DNA of 37,742 bases from a virus. Every line of letters starts with the position of its first letter. Within the stretch, counting starts at the first letter, position 1. The stretch spans positions 1 through 37,742 of IMG/VR virus record IMGVR_UViG_3300032893_000170; one strand, given 5' to 3'. The position numbers and the translations under genes are program-made. Below the pieces are notes generated by a model that had not been told where the DNA came from, ran no database searches, and saw nothing but the letters and a program-made list of their open reading frames with translations. Of the stretch, positions 24,605 to 32,747 are shown piece by piece.

Positions 24605-25507
24605 TTAATGAGCCCAAATTTGAACAACTTTTTTCTCTTCAAGGCGTGTGGCGCCAAATGTTCCCATGACGTATGCCTGATATGGGAGCGAGCGAAGATC
24701 TTTTCGCTGACTCACATCAGTCATGATGTCCTGCCACAAACCACAATAGGCACCAGACTTTGCCCACAAAGGAACAGCCGTTGAAGTTCCGCCGAGATCA
24801 TCGGTTCCTGTATTCAACAACTCTGTGTGGATGAAGTCTATTCCAAGGAATCTTGTGATCTTGCCCTCAACAAGCACTGGGTGATCATTGAATTCATCGC
24901 TGATCACTTGAACTTCTTGAAGCAGAGAATCGTGGTTTGCTGCGTTAATTGCGCAGAAGATTTGGTCTGCATCGAGGTCGACTTCGTTTTGCATCAAAAT
25001 ACGTTTTGCATAACGAAGTTTTGCAACCGTAAGGTTTGTGCTTGAAGAAGCGCCCTGTGCCACCGTTACAACTTGTGAGGAAGGCAGAGTTACTGCGGTT
25101 CCACCATTGTTTCCGGTGTAGTTTGTGCCAGTCAAACCCTGAATAATTTGCTGGTCAATCGCACGACCAAGAGCATAAACAGCGTTTGTCACGTAACTTG
25201 ACATTGGATCGATCAACAAACGAAGTTTGTCGAAGCTATCCAAAAGCTGACCCAAGTCGTAATCATTTGGAAACACCCAACGACGATCAGTCGGTGCATC
25301 TGTGATTACGATCGGTTGATATCGGCCTTCAACAAGGTTTGCGTTGATGGCGCCAAATTGGTCAACAGGTGATGCCTGCGAACCAACATGATTTCCGCTC
25401 ATCACGGCTTCACGAAGCCTTGAGCCCTTTTGTTGAAGTTTTAATTGGATGTTCGAGCTAAACTGCTCGACATAAAAAAGTGGTATGCCACTATTGACAC
25501 CAGCCAT
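24605..25507 (-). CDS. Major capsid protein (300 aa)
   Basis: Strong RBS aggagg and position after the scaffold gene. The N-terminal FYVEQFSSNIQLKLQQKGSRLR pattern resembles podovirus coat proteins. Confidence 0.7.
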   Translation of the reverse strand: MAGVNSGIPLFYVEQFSSNIQLKLQQKGSRLREAVMSGNHVGSQASPVDQFGAINANLVEGRYQPIVITDAPTDRRWVFPNDYDLGQLLDSFDKLRLLIDPMSSYVTNAVYALGRAIDQQIIQGLTGTNYTGNNGGTAVTLPSSQVVTVAQGASSSTNLTVAKLRYAKRILMQNEVDLDADQIFCAINAANHDSLLQEVQVISDEFNDHPVLVEGKITRFLGIDFIHTELLNTGTDDLGGTSTAVPLWAKSGAYCGLWQDIMTDVSQRKDLRSLPYQAYVMGTFGATRLEEKKVVQIWAH

Positions 25508-25659
25508 GAGATAGCCTCCTAGAAATAAACCAATGTTTGTTTTCCTAGATGGCTTGTCCTTTTGGGGGCCGATCTTGCAGCTATTTAAGGTTTAGCTCAA
25601 CCGAGGTCTTTCCCTTCTGTCTGTTCGGCCCAGTGGGTTATCGAACTTAAAATCAATTG

Positions 25660-25682
25660 TGCATGATATTTTTCATCATGCA
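25660..25682 (-). terminator. Hairpin just after the scaffold stop (weak terminator/attenuator or RNA-processing site)
   Basis: tgcatgat (25660-25667) pairs with atcatgca (25675-25682) across a 7-nt loop. On the minus strand it is followed by the U-rich stretch auugauuuuaaguu. Confidence 0.3.
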
Positions 25683-25691
25683 AGAACTTTT

Positions 25692-26630
25692 TTAAATATT
25701 AACCTGACCAGGATATGCCTGTTCATGCAAGCGCTTCCATTTTGCAGCAGCTTCTCGGTCACCGCTTTGTAATCGATTTGCAAAATCCTTGTCTGAAATC
25801 AACTCTTTAATCTGTGCCTTGGCATTCACAGGCTCAAGAAGAGCATCTGGTCTTTGACCACCAATATATGGTGCCTCACCCACTTGTTTACCAAGCTGAT
25901 GAAAAAGTTTTGCCGCACGATCATGGCCAAGAATTGATTCAAGCGCAGTAACTTCTTCTGCTTTAACTCCCATGGTTCGAATCGCTTCTTTTGCAATTGT
26001 AAGATTTTGTTCGTATGCAGCCCCCCAATCTTTTGCAAGAGCTTGTTGTTGGTTTTTTATTGTTGCACTCGCAGCTTCTTTTGCTGATGTAGTTTGTGAT
26101 GCGATATAATCATTCCAAGATGAAGTAATTTTTTCTGCATCTGCTTTTGGTAATCCAAGTTCATGAAAAACACCTCTGAAATGATCTAACAATTTTGGAT
26201 CAGCACCTTCTTTTGGTGCCACCAAATTGTAGTCCTTAGCTTCTTTTGGTGCGCCAAGGCTTTCTCGGATCGCACGACCTTCCGAAGTTAATTTTCCTTT
26301 TTCGTCATAAAATTTTTCTGGAAGTTTTAAGACTCTATCTTTTGGAACTCCAAGAAGTTTTTCAGCTCCACGGTATGATTCAACTAAATCTGCCGGAGAT
26401 TTCCAGCCTTTATTTCCGACATATCCCTTTAAATCTTCGCTTAATCCACCCAGCCAATCTCCTGTACTTGCGCCTGAGTTTACGGCAGTAGGAGTTTCGT
26501 TTCCTTGCCCTCCAGTCGTAGCAGCTTGGGCAGATCCCATCAGTGTTGATCCAGTCGTGGCAGAACCTGCAGTGCCTGATCCTTGTCCGGTTCCAGCAGC
26601 TTGTGGTGTCAATGTTGTTGCTGTGCTCAT
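25692..26630 (-). CDS. Scaffolding protein candidate (312 aa)
   Basis: Lies between the portal and capsid genes. Low-complexity Thr/Gly/Ala N-terminus followed by a helical, charged body. Confidence 0.5.
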   Translation of the reverse strand: MSTATTLTPQAAGTGQGSGTAGSATTGSTLMGSAQAATTGGQGNETPTAVNSGASTGDWLGGLSEDLKGYVGNKGWKSPADLVESYRGAEKLLGVPKDRVLKLPEKFYDEKGKLTSEGRAIRESLGAPKEAKDYNLVAPKEGADPKLLDHFRGVFHELGLPKADAEKITSSWNDYIASQTTSAKEAASATIKNQQQALAKDWGAAYEQNLTIAKEAIRTMGVKAEEVTALESILGHDRAAKLFHQLGKQVGEAPYIGGQRPDALLEPVNAKAQIKELISDKDFANRLQSGDREAAAKWKRLHEQAYPGQVNI

Positions 26631-26660
26631 GTGTTTTCTCCTCTGGAAAAAGTTCCATTT

Positions 26661-26951
26661 TTATTTTTTATGTTTTTTTTCTTCACTTGCTCTAAAAATA
26701 ATTCTTTGTTTAAGTTCATCATAACTGCATCTAGCATATTCATTTATTCGAAGATAAACTTCGCGTCTTCCCTCTAATACTGCATGAACTCTTGCATCTG
26801 GATGAAAGGTTGTTTGATCGGCGCGACAAAATCTTTTTAAGTCTTCTACTACCATATTAACAAACTGAGAGTTTGTCTCAAAAACCCTGGCATATGCTTG
26901 TTGAAGTTTTTTAATATCGTCCTCAATCTTTGACTGTGGTGCCTCAATCAC
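26661..26951 (-). CDS. Hypothetical protein (96 aa) downstream of portal
   Basis: Overlaps the portal stop. VEDLKRFC...AVLEGRREVYLRI resembles a small protein commonly found next to podovirus portals. Confidence 0.5.
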   Translation of the reverse strand: MIEAPQSKIEDDIKKLQQAYARVFETNSQFVNMVVEDLKRFCRADQTTFHPDARVHAVLEGRREVYLRINEYARCSYDELKQRIIFRASEEKKHKK

Positions 26952-28699
26952 TGATTCATAGCTCCTGGATTACCTTGATTTTGCTTTTGTGGAGCAAGCT
27001 TTCCACCAGATGCCACATGAGCTTTAACCATCGCAGCAGCAGCGGGAGCGGCTTGAATCGCTTGCTCTACTTGTTGTTGTTTTGCACGCATAACCTTTAT
27101 TTTCATAACATCCTTTGCTGATCTAATCCAAGCCTGTGGTGTACCAAATATTTCTGCCATCTCAGGAGCTGCTTTGTCAAAGTCAATATAGTCGAGATAC
27201 GAATTATCTCCAGTAGCATTTGCAACTGCCATCAAAGCCTCAACTGTTCGCTGAGCACCGGCTGCCCATTCAGCTTTCATAGTTCTTGAAATCGGAGAGT
27301 CATAGATGATCTTATATTCGCCTTTTGCTTCTTTAAGAAGTCCTGGCATTGGATCGATAAGGCCCTGTCGTGACAAAATGTCAAGTTCACGATCAATCAT
27401 TGGTCCAAGATATTCTGACTGTTGCCTTCCAATGGTTGGCGCCAACAAAATTCCTTTTTCTCTGGTTCTTTCCAGAACCTCGGTCGCAGTCATTTCTGGG
27501 TTTTCGGTAAGAACCTGAAACAAAGAAATCAAAAAAGTGTCATTGATGAGATTTCTCTCATCATCCATCAATTCTTTACCAGCCTGGACATTGCCTGTAG
27601 GTAGTGGCTGAACAAGGAGACGTCCATCTTCCGATATGCCGCCAGCGTTGATAGCACCTGGAAGTAGTGAGAAACCATCGATGATGCCATCATTTGCTGC
27701 GAGTAATACTGGATCAGTAACTCTGTGCCCTTGCTTAAGCATTGTCTTTTTTTGTTCATTAAGAGTTTTAAGTGCAGGCAAAATATCCATAGCAGGAGAA
27801 CGGCCATAAGTTTCATTGGGTGCCTGGAAATAGCGTGATACAGCGTAAGGAAATGTTCGGTAACCACCTTCTTTATATCCACCTTTTGGCCAACAAAGTT
27901 TTCGCCCTTCAATAGAAACGTAATACGATACAAATGGCATTCCCTTATAGTCTTTTCGCTCAGGATCTTGATCAAGCCTTGGCTTAACCCAGTGAAGGAA
28001 AAAAAACTGACGCTCTGGAAATCTATTCATGATCGAGGTGATATTTTCAGGGCAGCTATCACCAAACCAAATATATGCCTGACGCGCGGTAAGCATAAAG
28101 TGTCTGCACACGGAATCAATAAGTCCTTGATGGTTTTCTTGGAGATAGCATTCACCAAGATGGACGTGTTTATATCTGATTCCTTTTCGTCCGGCAAAGT
28201 CATCGATAAAGTTTAGCCCAGTTCCATATGCTCCAAGGGATAGGTATTGACCCTGGTTTTGTGAGGCAAAGTTTGCATTTGGCGCATATCTGTAGTGGAA
28301 AAGTTTTTTTGTCGTATTTTCAAACCAAAGTTTTACCGCTCGATCCTTGTTGATGTCGTCATCAGAAGCTCGTAGCTGATGCCAGAATTGATCTCTTGGA
28401 GTAAGAAGTGAGTCTAATATTGCTCCAAATCGCTGAAGAGCTACAACTCCGGTTGAGTCATAGACTTCAAAATTTCGTTTGTCTCCCATTTGATTGAGCT
28501 GAGAGAAGTTTTGAAAAAGCCAGGATTCCATCGGAAATATTCGTTGTGCAATTTCTGTCCAATGCGACGCCCAGTTTCCGCGAAGACCAAATAGATATTG
28601 CCATTCCAAAATCAAAGTCGAAGCCGTTTCATCATCTTCTTGGGATTGATGTTGAGATCCTTTAATTGTCGGTGGCTGAAAATTATTTACACCATCCAT
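26948..28699 (-). CDS. Portal (head-to-tail connector, podovirus type, 583 aa)
   Basis: Size and position after terL. EVYDSTGVVALQRFGAILDSLLTPRDQFWHQL...NFASQNQGQYLSLGAYGTG matches the T7 gp8-type connector pattern. Confidence 0.8.
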   Translation of the reverse strand: MDGVNNFQPPTIKGSQHQSQEDDETASTLILEWQYLFGLRGNWASHWTEIAQRIFPMESWLFQNFSQLNQMGDKRNFEVYDSTGVVALQRFGAILDSLLTPRDQFWHQLRASDDDINKDRAVKLWFENTTKKLFHYRYAPNANFASQNQGQYLSLGAYGTGLNFIDDFAGRKGIRYKHVHLGECYLQENHQGLIDSVCRHFMLTARQAYIWFGDSCPENITSIMNRFPERQFFFLHWVKPRLDQDPERKDYKGMPFVSYYVSIEGRKLCWPKGGYKEGGYRTFPYAVSRYFQAPNETYGRSPAMDILPALKTLNEQKKTMLKQGHRVTDPVLLAANDGIIDGFSLLPGAINAGGISEDGRLLVQPLPTGNVQAGKELMDDERNLINDTFLISLFQVLTENPEMTATEVLERTREKGILLAPTIGRQQSEYLGPMIDRELDILSRQGLIDPMPGLLKEAKGEYKIIYDSPISRTMKAEWAAGAQRTVEALMAVANATGDNSYLDYIDFDKAAPEMAEIFGTPQAWIRSAKDVMKIKVMRAKQQQVEQAIQAAPAAAAMVKAHVASGGKLAPQKQNQGNPGAMNQ

Positions 28700-28700
28700 G

Positions 28701-29048
28701 TCATGCTCCTGTCAAAAGACTTGAAGTAGTTGTGGGTTCATCAGTAAGTCCACTTGGTGTGGTCAGCACAGATGCCGTAGATCTTGCATTTTGTTCTCTA
28801 GCAAGTTCGGATTGAATTGCTGTTGTAGACGCTAATGCTGGGGTAGCGGGCTGTGTAATTGGTTTTTTTTGTTCAGGAGGCGCTGGATTTAAGAGTTTGG
28901 AAATATTACCACCTTCAAGTCCACCAACTGCGGCCCCAAGTCCAGCACCAATTGCGGTTCCAATTCCTGGAAATAAAAGAGTACCAACCAATGCGCCTTC
29001 TCCGGCACCAATACCTGCTCCAGTAATATTTGGCGAAACACCTGACAT
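28701..29048 (-). CDS. Glycine-zipper small protein (115 aa)
   Basis: GAGIGAGEGALVGTLLFPGIGTAIGAGLGAAVGGLEGG followed by a Pro/Thr/Ser-rich tail. Confidence 0.55.
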   Translation of the reverse strand: MSGVSPNITGAGIGAGEGALVGTLLFPGIGTAIGAGLGAAVGGLEGGNISKLLNPAPPEQKKPITQPATPALASTTAIQSELAREQNARSTASVLTTPSGLTDEPTTTSSLLTGA

Positions 29049-30625
29049 TATTTTTTATCCCCGAAAATGTTGTAATCCAAGCCTTGTGCAATTCTTGGAC
29101 GTCTTGATCTACTACCTTTTGCCGATGTTAAGTCTTTTCTGGCAATTTTACAATGAAAGGTAAGAGCAAGGGCATCTGCGTGGTCGGGGGATTTTATGCC
29201 TCGTTTTTTCATCTGCTCCTTGCTCTCTAATTTTATCTTATCTTCTTTTCCAAACGGAGACCACTCCGGCGCACAAAGATCTGTCAAAAGTTTGGCGTTT
29301 GCATCAATCATACCCCCGGATAGCCATTCTCGCATACGCCCCCAAAGTTCGGTGCGATGATCCCAGTATTGGGCATCGGTAGAAGCTGTGCCAAATCCAA
29401 CCTCAAAAACACGGTATCCCATTTCCTTTAAGCGATCGATAATACCTGCTCCAGCACCAGCATCAATAAAAACACCATCTGGATTGTACTCGTCAATGAG
29501 TTCAGCACACTTGTTTGCAACATACATGTTATCTTTGCCAAGCATTTCAATCGGAGGAATTACTCTGGCATCGCGACCACGTCGAAACCGTATAACGGTC
29601 GCATCGGTTCCATATCTAGCTGGGTCGCATCCCATGACCAAAGCCGCGGAGTCATCGGATCGTTCAGAGCTACGATAGCGAGCCTCTGTGACAAGTCCTC
29701 TTGGCATAAACTGGCGTTCGGATTGGTTTGGGAACTGACCAAATACATGAATTTTGGCTTCATCACTATTCTCCCCATATTTTGCAATAATTCCTAGGTA
29801 AAGCTCTTTATCAGAATACTCAGTTTCTATCTGCATTGCATCAATATTTTGAGTTCGCCAAAACTCACGGTGTTCGTTAAAGCAATCATAAAACGCGCCA
29901 GAGTTTCGACGTGGGTTAGAAAACACGATCCAGAACCGATAAAGAGTCTTTTCGGTAAAAAAACCATCGGATTCTTTCCAAATCGGTGTCGGAATACCGG
30001 AGGCTTCGTCAAATATCAGCATAACCCCAACATCCGAATGGATACCTGCAAATGCCGCCGGATTGTCCTCATCCCACAAAACACCATGTGCATAGTAATA
30101 GGTCTCATCGATCTTAAGCTGGTCTTTTAATGCTTTTGCAAACCAAGCCGATGGCATTAGCTTCTTCGTGATTCGATCAAACCAGTACCCATTTATTGCC
30201 AAGGTGTGCCATTTCCCGATTTCCGCAAACGTCTTCGATGTCAGCTGATCATCGGTATTCGCTGATAGCTGTGTAGTCGATCCAGGATGGCAGCTAAGCA
30301 TCCAAAGCGAAAGCCATGCCACAAGTGCTGACTTCCCAATTCCACGTCCTGATGCCACCGCCAGACGATAAACAGTGGGCGTTTCACCTCGCAGCACCCT
30401 AGCCTTATTCTCAGCAATGTGTTCTGCGATCTCCGTCAATATCTTGACTTGCCACGCAGCCGGTCCCTTATACTTCTCAAGCCTTGTTCCCTTAGCCCCC
30501 CATGGAAAAGCATAAAGAACGAAATTAAGCGGGTTATCACGCACACTAGGATGAAGCATACGCTCGAGTATTTTCTGGGTTTGCTCAATCGGTATCCCAG
30601 ATGAAAGCGCATCACTTTGTTTCAA
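29048..30625 (-). CDS. terL: Terminase large subunit (525 aa, TTG start)
   Basis: Walker A-like ASGRGIGKSAL and Walker B-like VMLIFDEASGI. C-terminal nuclease-like region with GCDPARYGTD and DHADALAL. Confidence 0.85.
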   Translation of the reverse strand: MKQSDALSSGIPIEQTQKILERMLHPSVRDNPLNFVLYAFPWGAKGTRLEKYKGPAAWQVKILTEIAEHIAENKARVLRGETPTVYRLAVASGRGIGKSALVAWLSLWMLSCHPGSTTQLSANTDDQLTSKTFAEIGKWHTLAINGYWFDRITKKLMPSAWFAKALKDQLKIDETYYYAHGVLWDEDNPAAFAGIHSDVGVMLIFDEASGIPTPIWKESDGFFTEKTLYRFWIVFSNPRRNSGAFYDCFNEHREFWRTQNIDAMQIETEYSDKELYLGIIAKYGENSDEAKIHVFGQFPNQSERQFMPRGLVTEARYRSSERSDDSAALVMGCDPARYGTDATVIRFRRGRDARVIPPIEMLGKDNMYVANKCAELIDEYNPDGVFIDAGAGAGIIDRLKEMGYRVFEVGFGTASTDAQYWDHRTELWGRMREWLSGGMIDANAKLLTDLCAPEWSPFGKEDKIKLESKEQMKKRGIKSPDHADALALTFHCKIARKDLTSAKGSRSRRPRIAQGLDYNIFGDKK

Positions 30626-30849
30626 AATCGTGACCCTCCATGCTTTCCTTCAAAACTTCATCAAGTACTCGCCAATCCGTAACATCATCAGGCATATCTT
30701 CAAAGTACCGACTACCAAATTCATAAAGATGAAAATTTTCTGTAATCACTTCAGAACAACACAGCGCAGAAGAACAATGGAACGCTATAAGAAAAAAAAA
30801 TAGAAAATGGGAGGGAAACCTAAGGCTATAGAGTACCGGCTGAAAAGCG

Positions 30850-30873
30850 CCCCCCCTCCCCCTACCATCCCCC
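30850..30873. other. C-tract/G-tract element (C7-t-C5-ta-CC-at-C5) in the terS-terL spacer
   Basis: Read directly from the sequence. On the transcribed minus strand it is GGGGGatGGtaGGGGGaGGGGGGG. An A9 run on the plus strand (30792-30800) lies about 50 nt away. Confidence 0.9.
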
Positions 30874-30913
30874 GCCTTAAGATATGCCTTGTTTCTATTG
30901 ATTTCCGAAGTTA

Positions 30914-31708
30914 TCAAAGCAATCCCTCGAAGTCTTCGCCTTCCTCTGAAACTGTTTCCGTGTCTTCACCAAGCTCTAAGCCATAATCATAGTCTTTACT
31001 CACAGTGTTAATATCTGGACCTATTCCAGTAGCAGTGTTAAGACAACCTACCTTATCGCCGTAGTAACCAGACGCACCAGGATCGTTTATAGGCTCTTCA
31101 TTTGGTAATGTTATGGCCTTGGGTTCAGCTCTTTTAGGAACCTCTACTGCATCGATTATCTCGCTCTTGTACCTTTCCGCACCCATTTCGGCCATCTCTC
31201 TAATCTTCTCACGTTCTTCAAATGAGCTCATATAATGCAGTGCAGGGGCTACTTTCTCCACGGGCGGGATCTCTTGCACTGTGTTATTTAGGGCACCAAA
31301 TAAGCGTGTATCAGCCTGCTCCAGTGCTTTGGTTAGGTCTATTGTATGGCTTACCTCTACATTAAGCTTGGGGCCATATCGAGCAGGATTACGCCAACCA
31401 ACGATTGTACGGATATTCTCTGATCTTCCTCTTGCTATCATGGCATCTGCTACGGTTTGCGCCTCGTCATATACAGTAAGCAACTGGTCTGCTATCTTGT
31501 CTGCCCCTATAGAGCGGTTTTCAGTCCATTTTTTTGCAAATAAAGGGTCTTTTATAGCAAATCTCGCTATAGTTTCCCAAGAGATATCACATAGTTTCTC
31601 AATTTGTGCTATGGGTGTCCCATTTGCTGCAAGGCGTAGTATATCATCCTGCTTACTTGGTTCAATGGTCATGAATTTAAGACTTCGGTTATGTTCTTGG
31701 TACTTCAT
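30914..31708 (-). CDS. terS: Terminase small subunit candidate (264 aa)
   Basis: First gene of the late arm, upstream of terL. N-terminal HTH-like ANGTPIAQIEKLCDISWETIARF and an acidic C-terminus. Confidence 0.6.
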   Translation of the reverse strand: MKYQEHNRSLKFMTIEPSKQDDILRLAANGTPIAQIEKLCDISWETIARFAIKDPLFAKKWTENRSIGADKIADQLLTVYDEAQTVADAMIARGRSENIRTIVGWRNPARYGPKLNVEVSHTIDLTKALEQADTRLFGALNNTVQEIPPVEKVAPALHYMSSFEEREKIREMAEMGAERYKSEIIDAVEVPKRAEPKAITLPNEEPINDPGASGYYGDKVGCLNTATGIGPDINTVSKDYDYGLELGEDTETVSEEGEDFEGLL

Positions 31709-31806
31709 TGATTTGAGGATGCATAAGTTTTACAGCGTTGTCTAGAAGTTCTACAACATGTTTTGTTTTGGATATTGATTATTCGAATAATATCACGCGT
31801 CATAAG

Positions 31807-31835
31807 TTGGTACATGCGTTGCAATGCATTATTTC
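31807..31835 (+). promoter_or_regulatory. Candidate early promoter (TTGGTA-17 nt-TATTTC) with a 16-bp imperfect palindrome filling the spacer
   Basis: atgcgttgcaatgcat at 31814-31829 has one mismatched pair. It lies in the divergent intergenic region between terS and the first plus-strand gene. By-eye match only. Confidence 0.25.
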
Positions 31836-31884
31836 GTCATTGAGGACTTAATACGGCATGATGCTATTTACGAGGTATTTTGTC

Positions 31885-32151
31885 ATGAAGAAGATCATAT
31901 TCGCTATTTTATTGCTTGGATCGATTGTAGCCAAAGCAGACCAAGGCGGTGAAAGCTGGACCGTGGGTGATAAGGTATTTACATCCAAGGCTATGGCTGT
32001 ACGTTATATCGTTGCGACTGGAAAACGGACTGAAGTAACGCATACGCGCTGTGAGATCCTAACCAATAAGCTCACATTCAAGGCATGCCCAAAAAACAAA
32101 CTTTCAAACTTTGAGAACGAGCAGTTCAACGGCTTGAAAGTGTCTAAGTAG
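31885..32151 (+). CDS. Small secreted protein (signal peptide MKKIIFAILLLGSIVAKA)
   Basis: ATG 31885 lies 9 nt after gagg. Classical n-h-c signal with AKA. Confidence 0.55.
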   Translation: MKKIIFAILLLGSIVAKADQGGESWTVGDKVFTSKAMAVRYIVATGKRTEVTHTRCEILTNKLTFKACPKNKLSNFENEQFNGLKVSK

Positions 32152-32201
32152 TTCACTCAAGGCCATGGATGGCACCCCCAAACAACTAAACCGAGGTTAC
32201 T

Positions 32202-32489
32202 ATGTTAACACGACGCAAAATCAAGTTTTTAATATTTTTCGCCATATTCACCACGTTGTCATTGGCCATGCTTAAAACTGTTCGAGCAGACAACGGAATA
32301 TACGAGACTAAGTTCTCAAAACAGCAATTAGAGCTCTGGAACTATGTACATCTCGACGATCCGATTGATGGATGTGTGCAACGAGAATTTAAAGATAACT
32401 TCGACGCCACAGACAATGAGTCCTTTATGGAGTGTGAGGGATTAGACTATGACTCATGCGATATCGACGACGAAAACGAGGATGTGTGA
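32202..32489 (+). CDS. Small secreted acidic, Cys-containing protein (signal/anchor KIKFLIFFAIFTTLSLAMLKTVRA)
   Basis: N-terminal hydrophobic segment. C-terminus is ECEGLDYDSCDIDDENEDV. Confidence 0.55.
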   Translation: MLTRRKIKFLIFFAIFTTLSLAMLKTVRADNGIYETKFSKQQLELWNYVHLDDPIDGCVQREFKDNFDATDNESFMECEGLDYDSCDIDDENEDV

Positions 32490-32490
32490 T

Positions 32491-32736
32491 ATGGCAAAAC
32501 GAAAACTACGCCTTAAAATAACGCACACAGGCATACCATATTGTGAAAGCCGTATCGCCATACACCTAATCAACCCTGATCAACGCGAACTTGACCAGGC
32601 CATTGAAGACGCAGAGCGCAACATGTTTTACGAGATTGTTTGCCACTACTCGAACGTAATCCCGATCGAGGCATATGATTGGATGCGAAATAAAAACAAT
32701 AAATCAATGCAAAGTGCTGAAGATTGTCCATTTTGA
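32491..32736 (+). CDS. Hypothetical protein (81 aa)
   Basis: ATG 32491 lies one base after the upstream TGA. Confidence 0.5.
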   Translation: MAKRKLRLKITHTGIPYCESRIAIHLINPDQRELDQAIEDAERNMFYEIVCHYSNVIPIEAYDWMRNKNNKSMQSAEDCPF

Positions 32737-32747
32737 AAGGAAACCAA

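Noticed and set aside
27568-27975. 135-aa minus-strand ORF in another frame inside the portal gene
   Set aside because: It lies on the same strand as the portal gene but has no RBS or motifs. The portal frame is strongly supported across the region.
30612-30917. 101-aa minus-strand ORF filling the terS-terL gap
   Set aside because: It has a TTG start with no RBS. Its N-terminal half is simply the translation of the G-tract and T-tract (GDGRGRGG, FLFFFLIAF). The acidic C-terminal 40 aa could still belong to a shorter real ORF, but I cannot support a start.
31281-31745. 154-aa plus-strand ORF
   Set aside because: It is antisense to terS, Ser/Ala/Leu-rich with no RBS, and a typical shadow ORF. 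It also shows that spurious ORFs of about 150 codons occur in this genome, which is a caveat for the nested-ORF finding.
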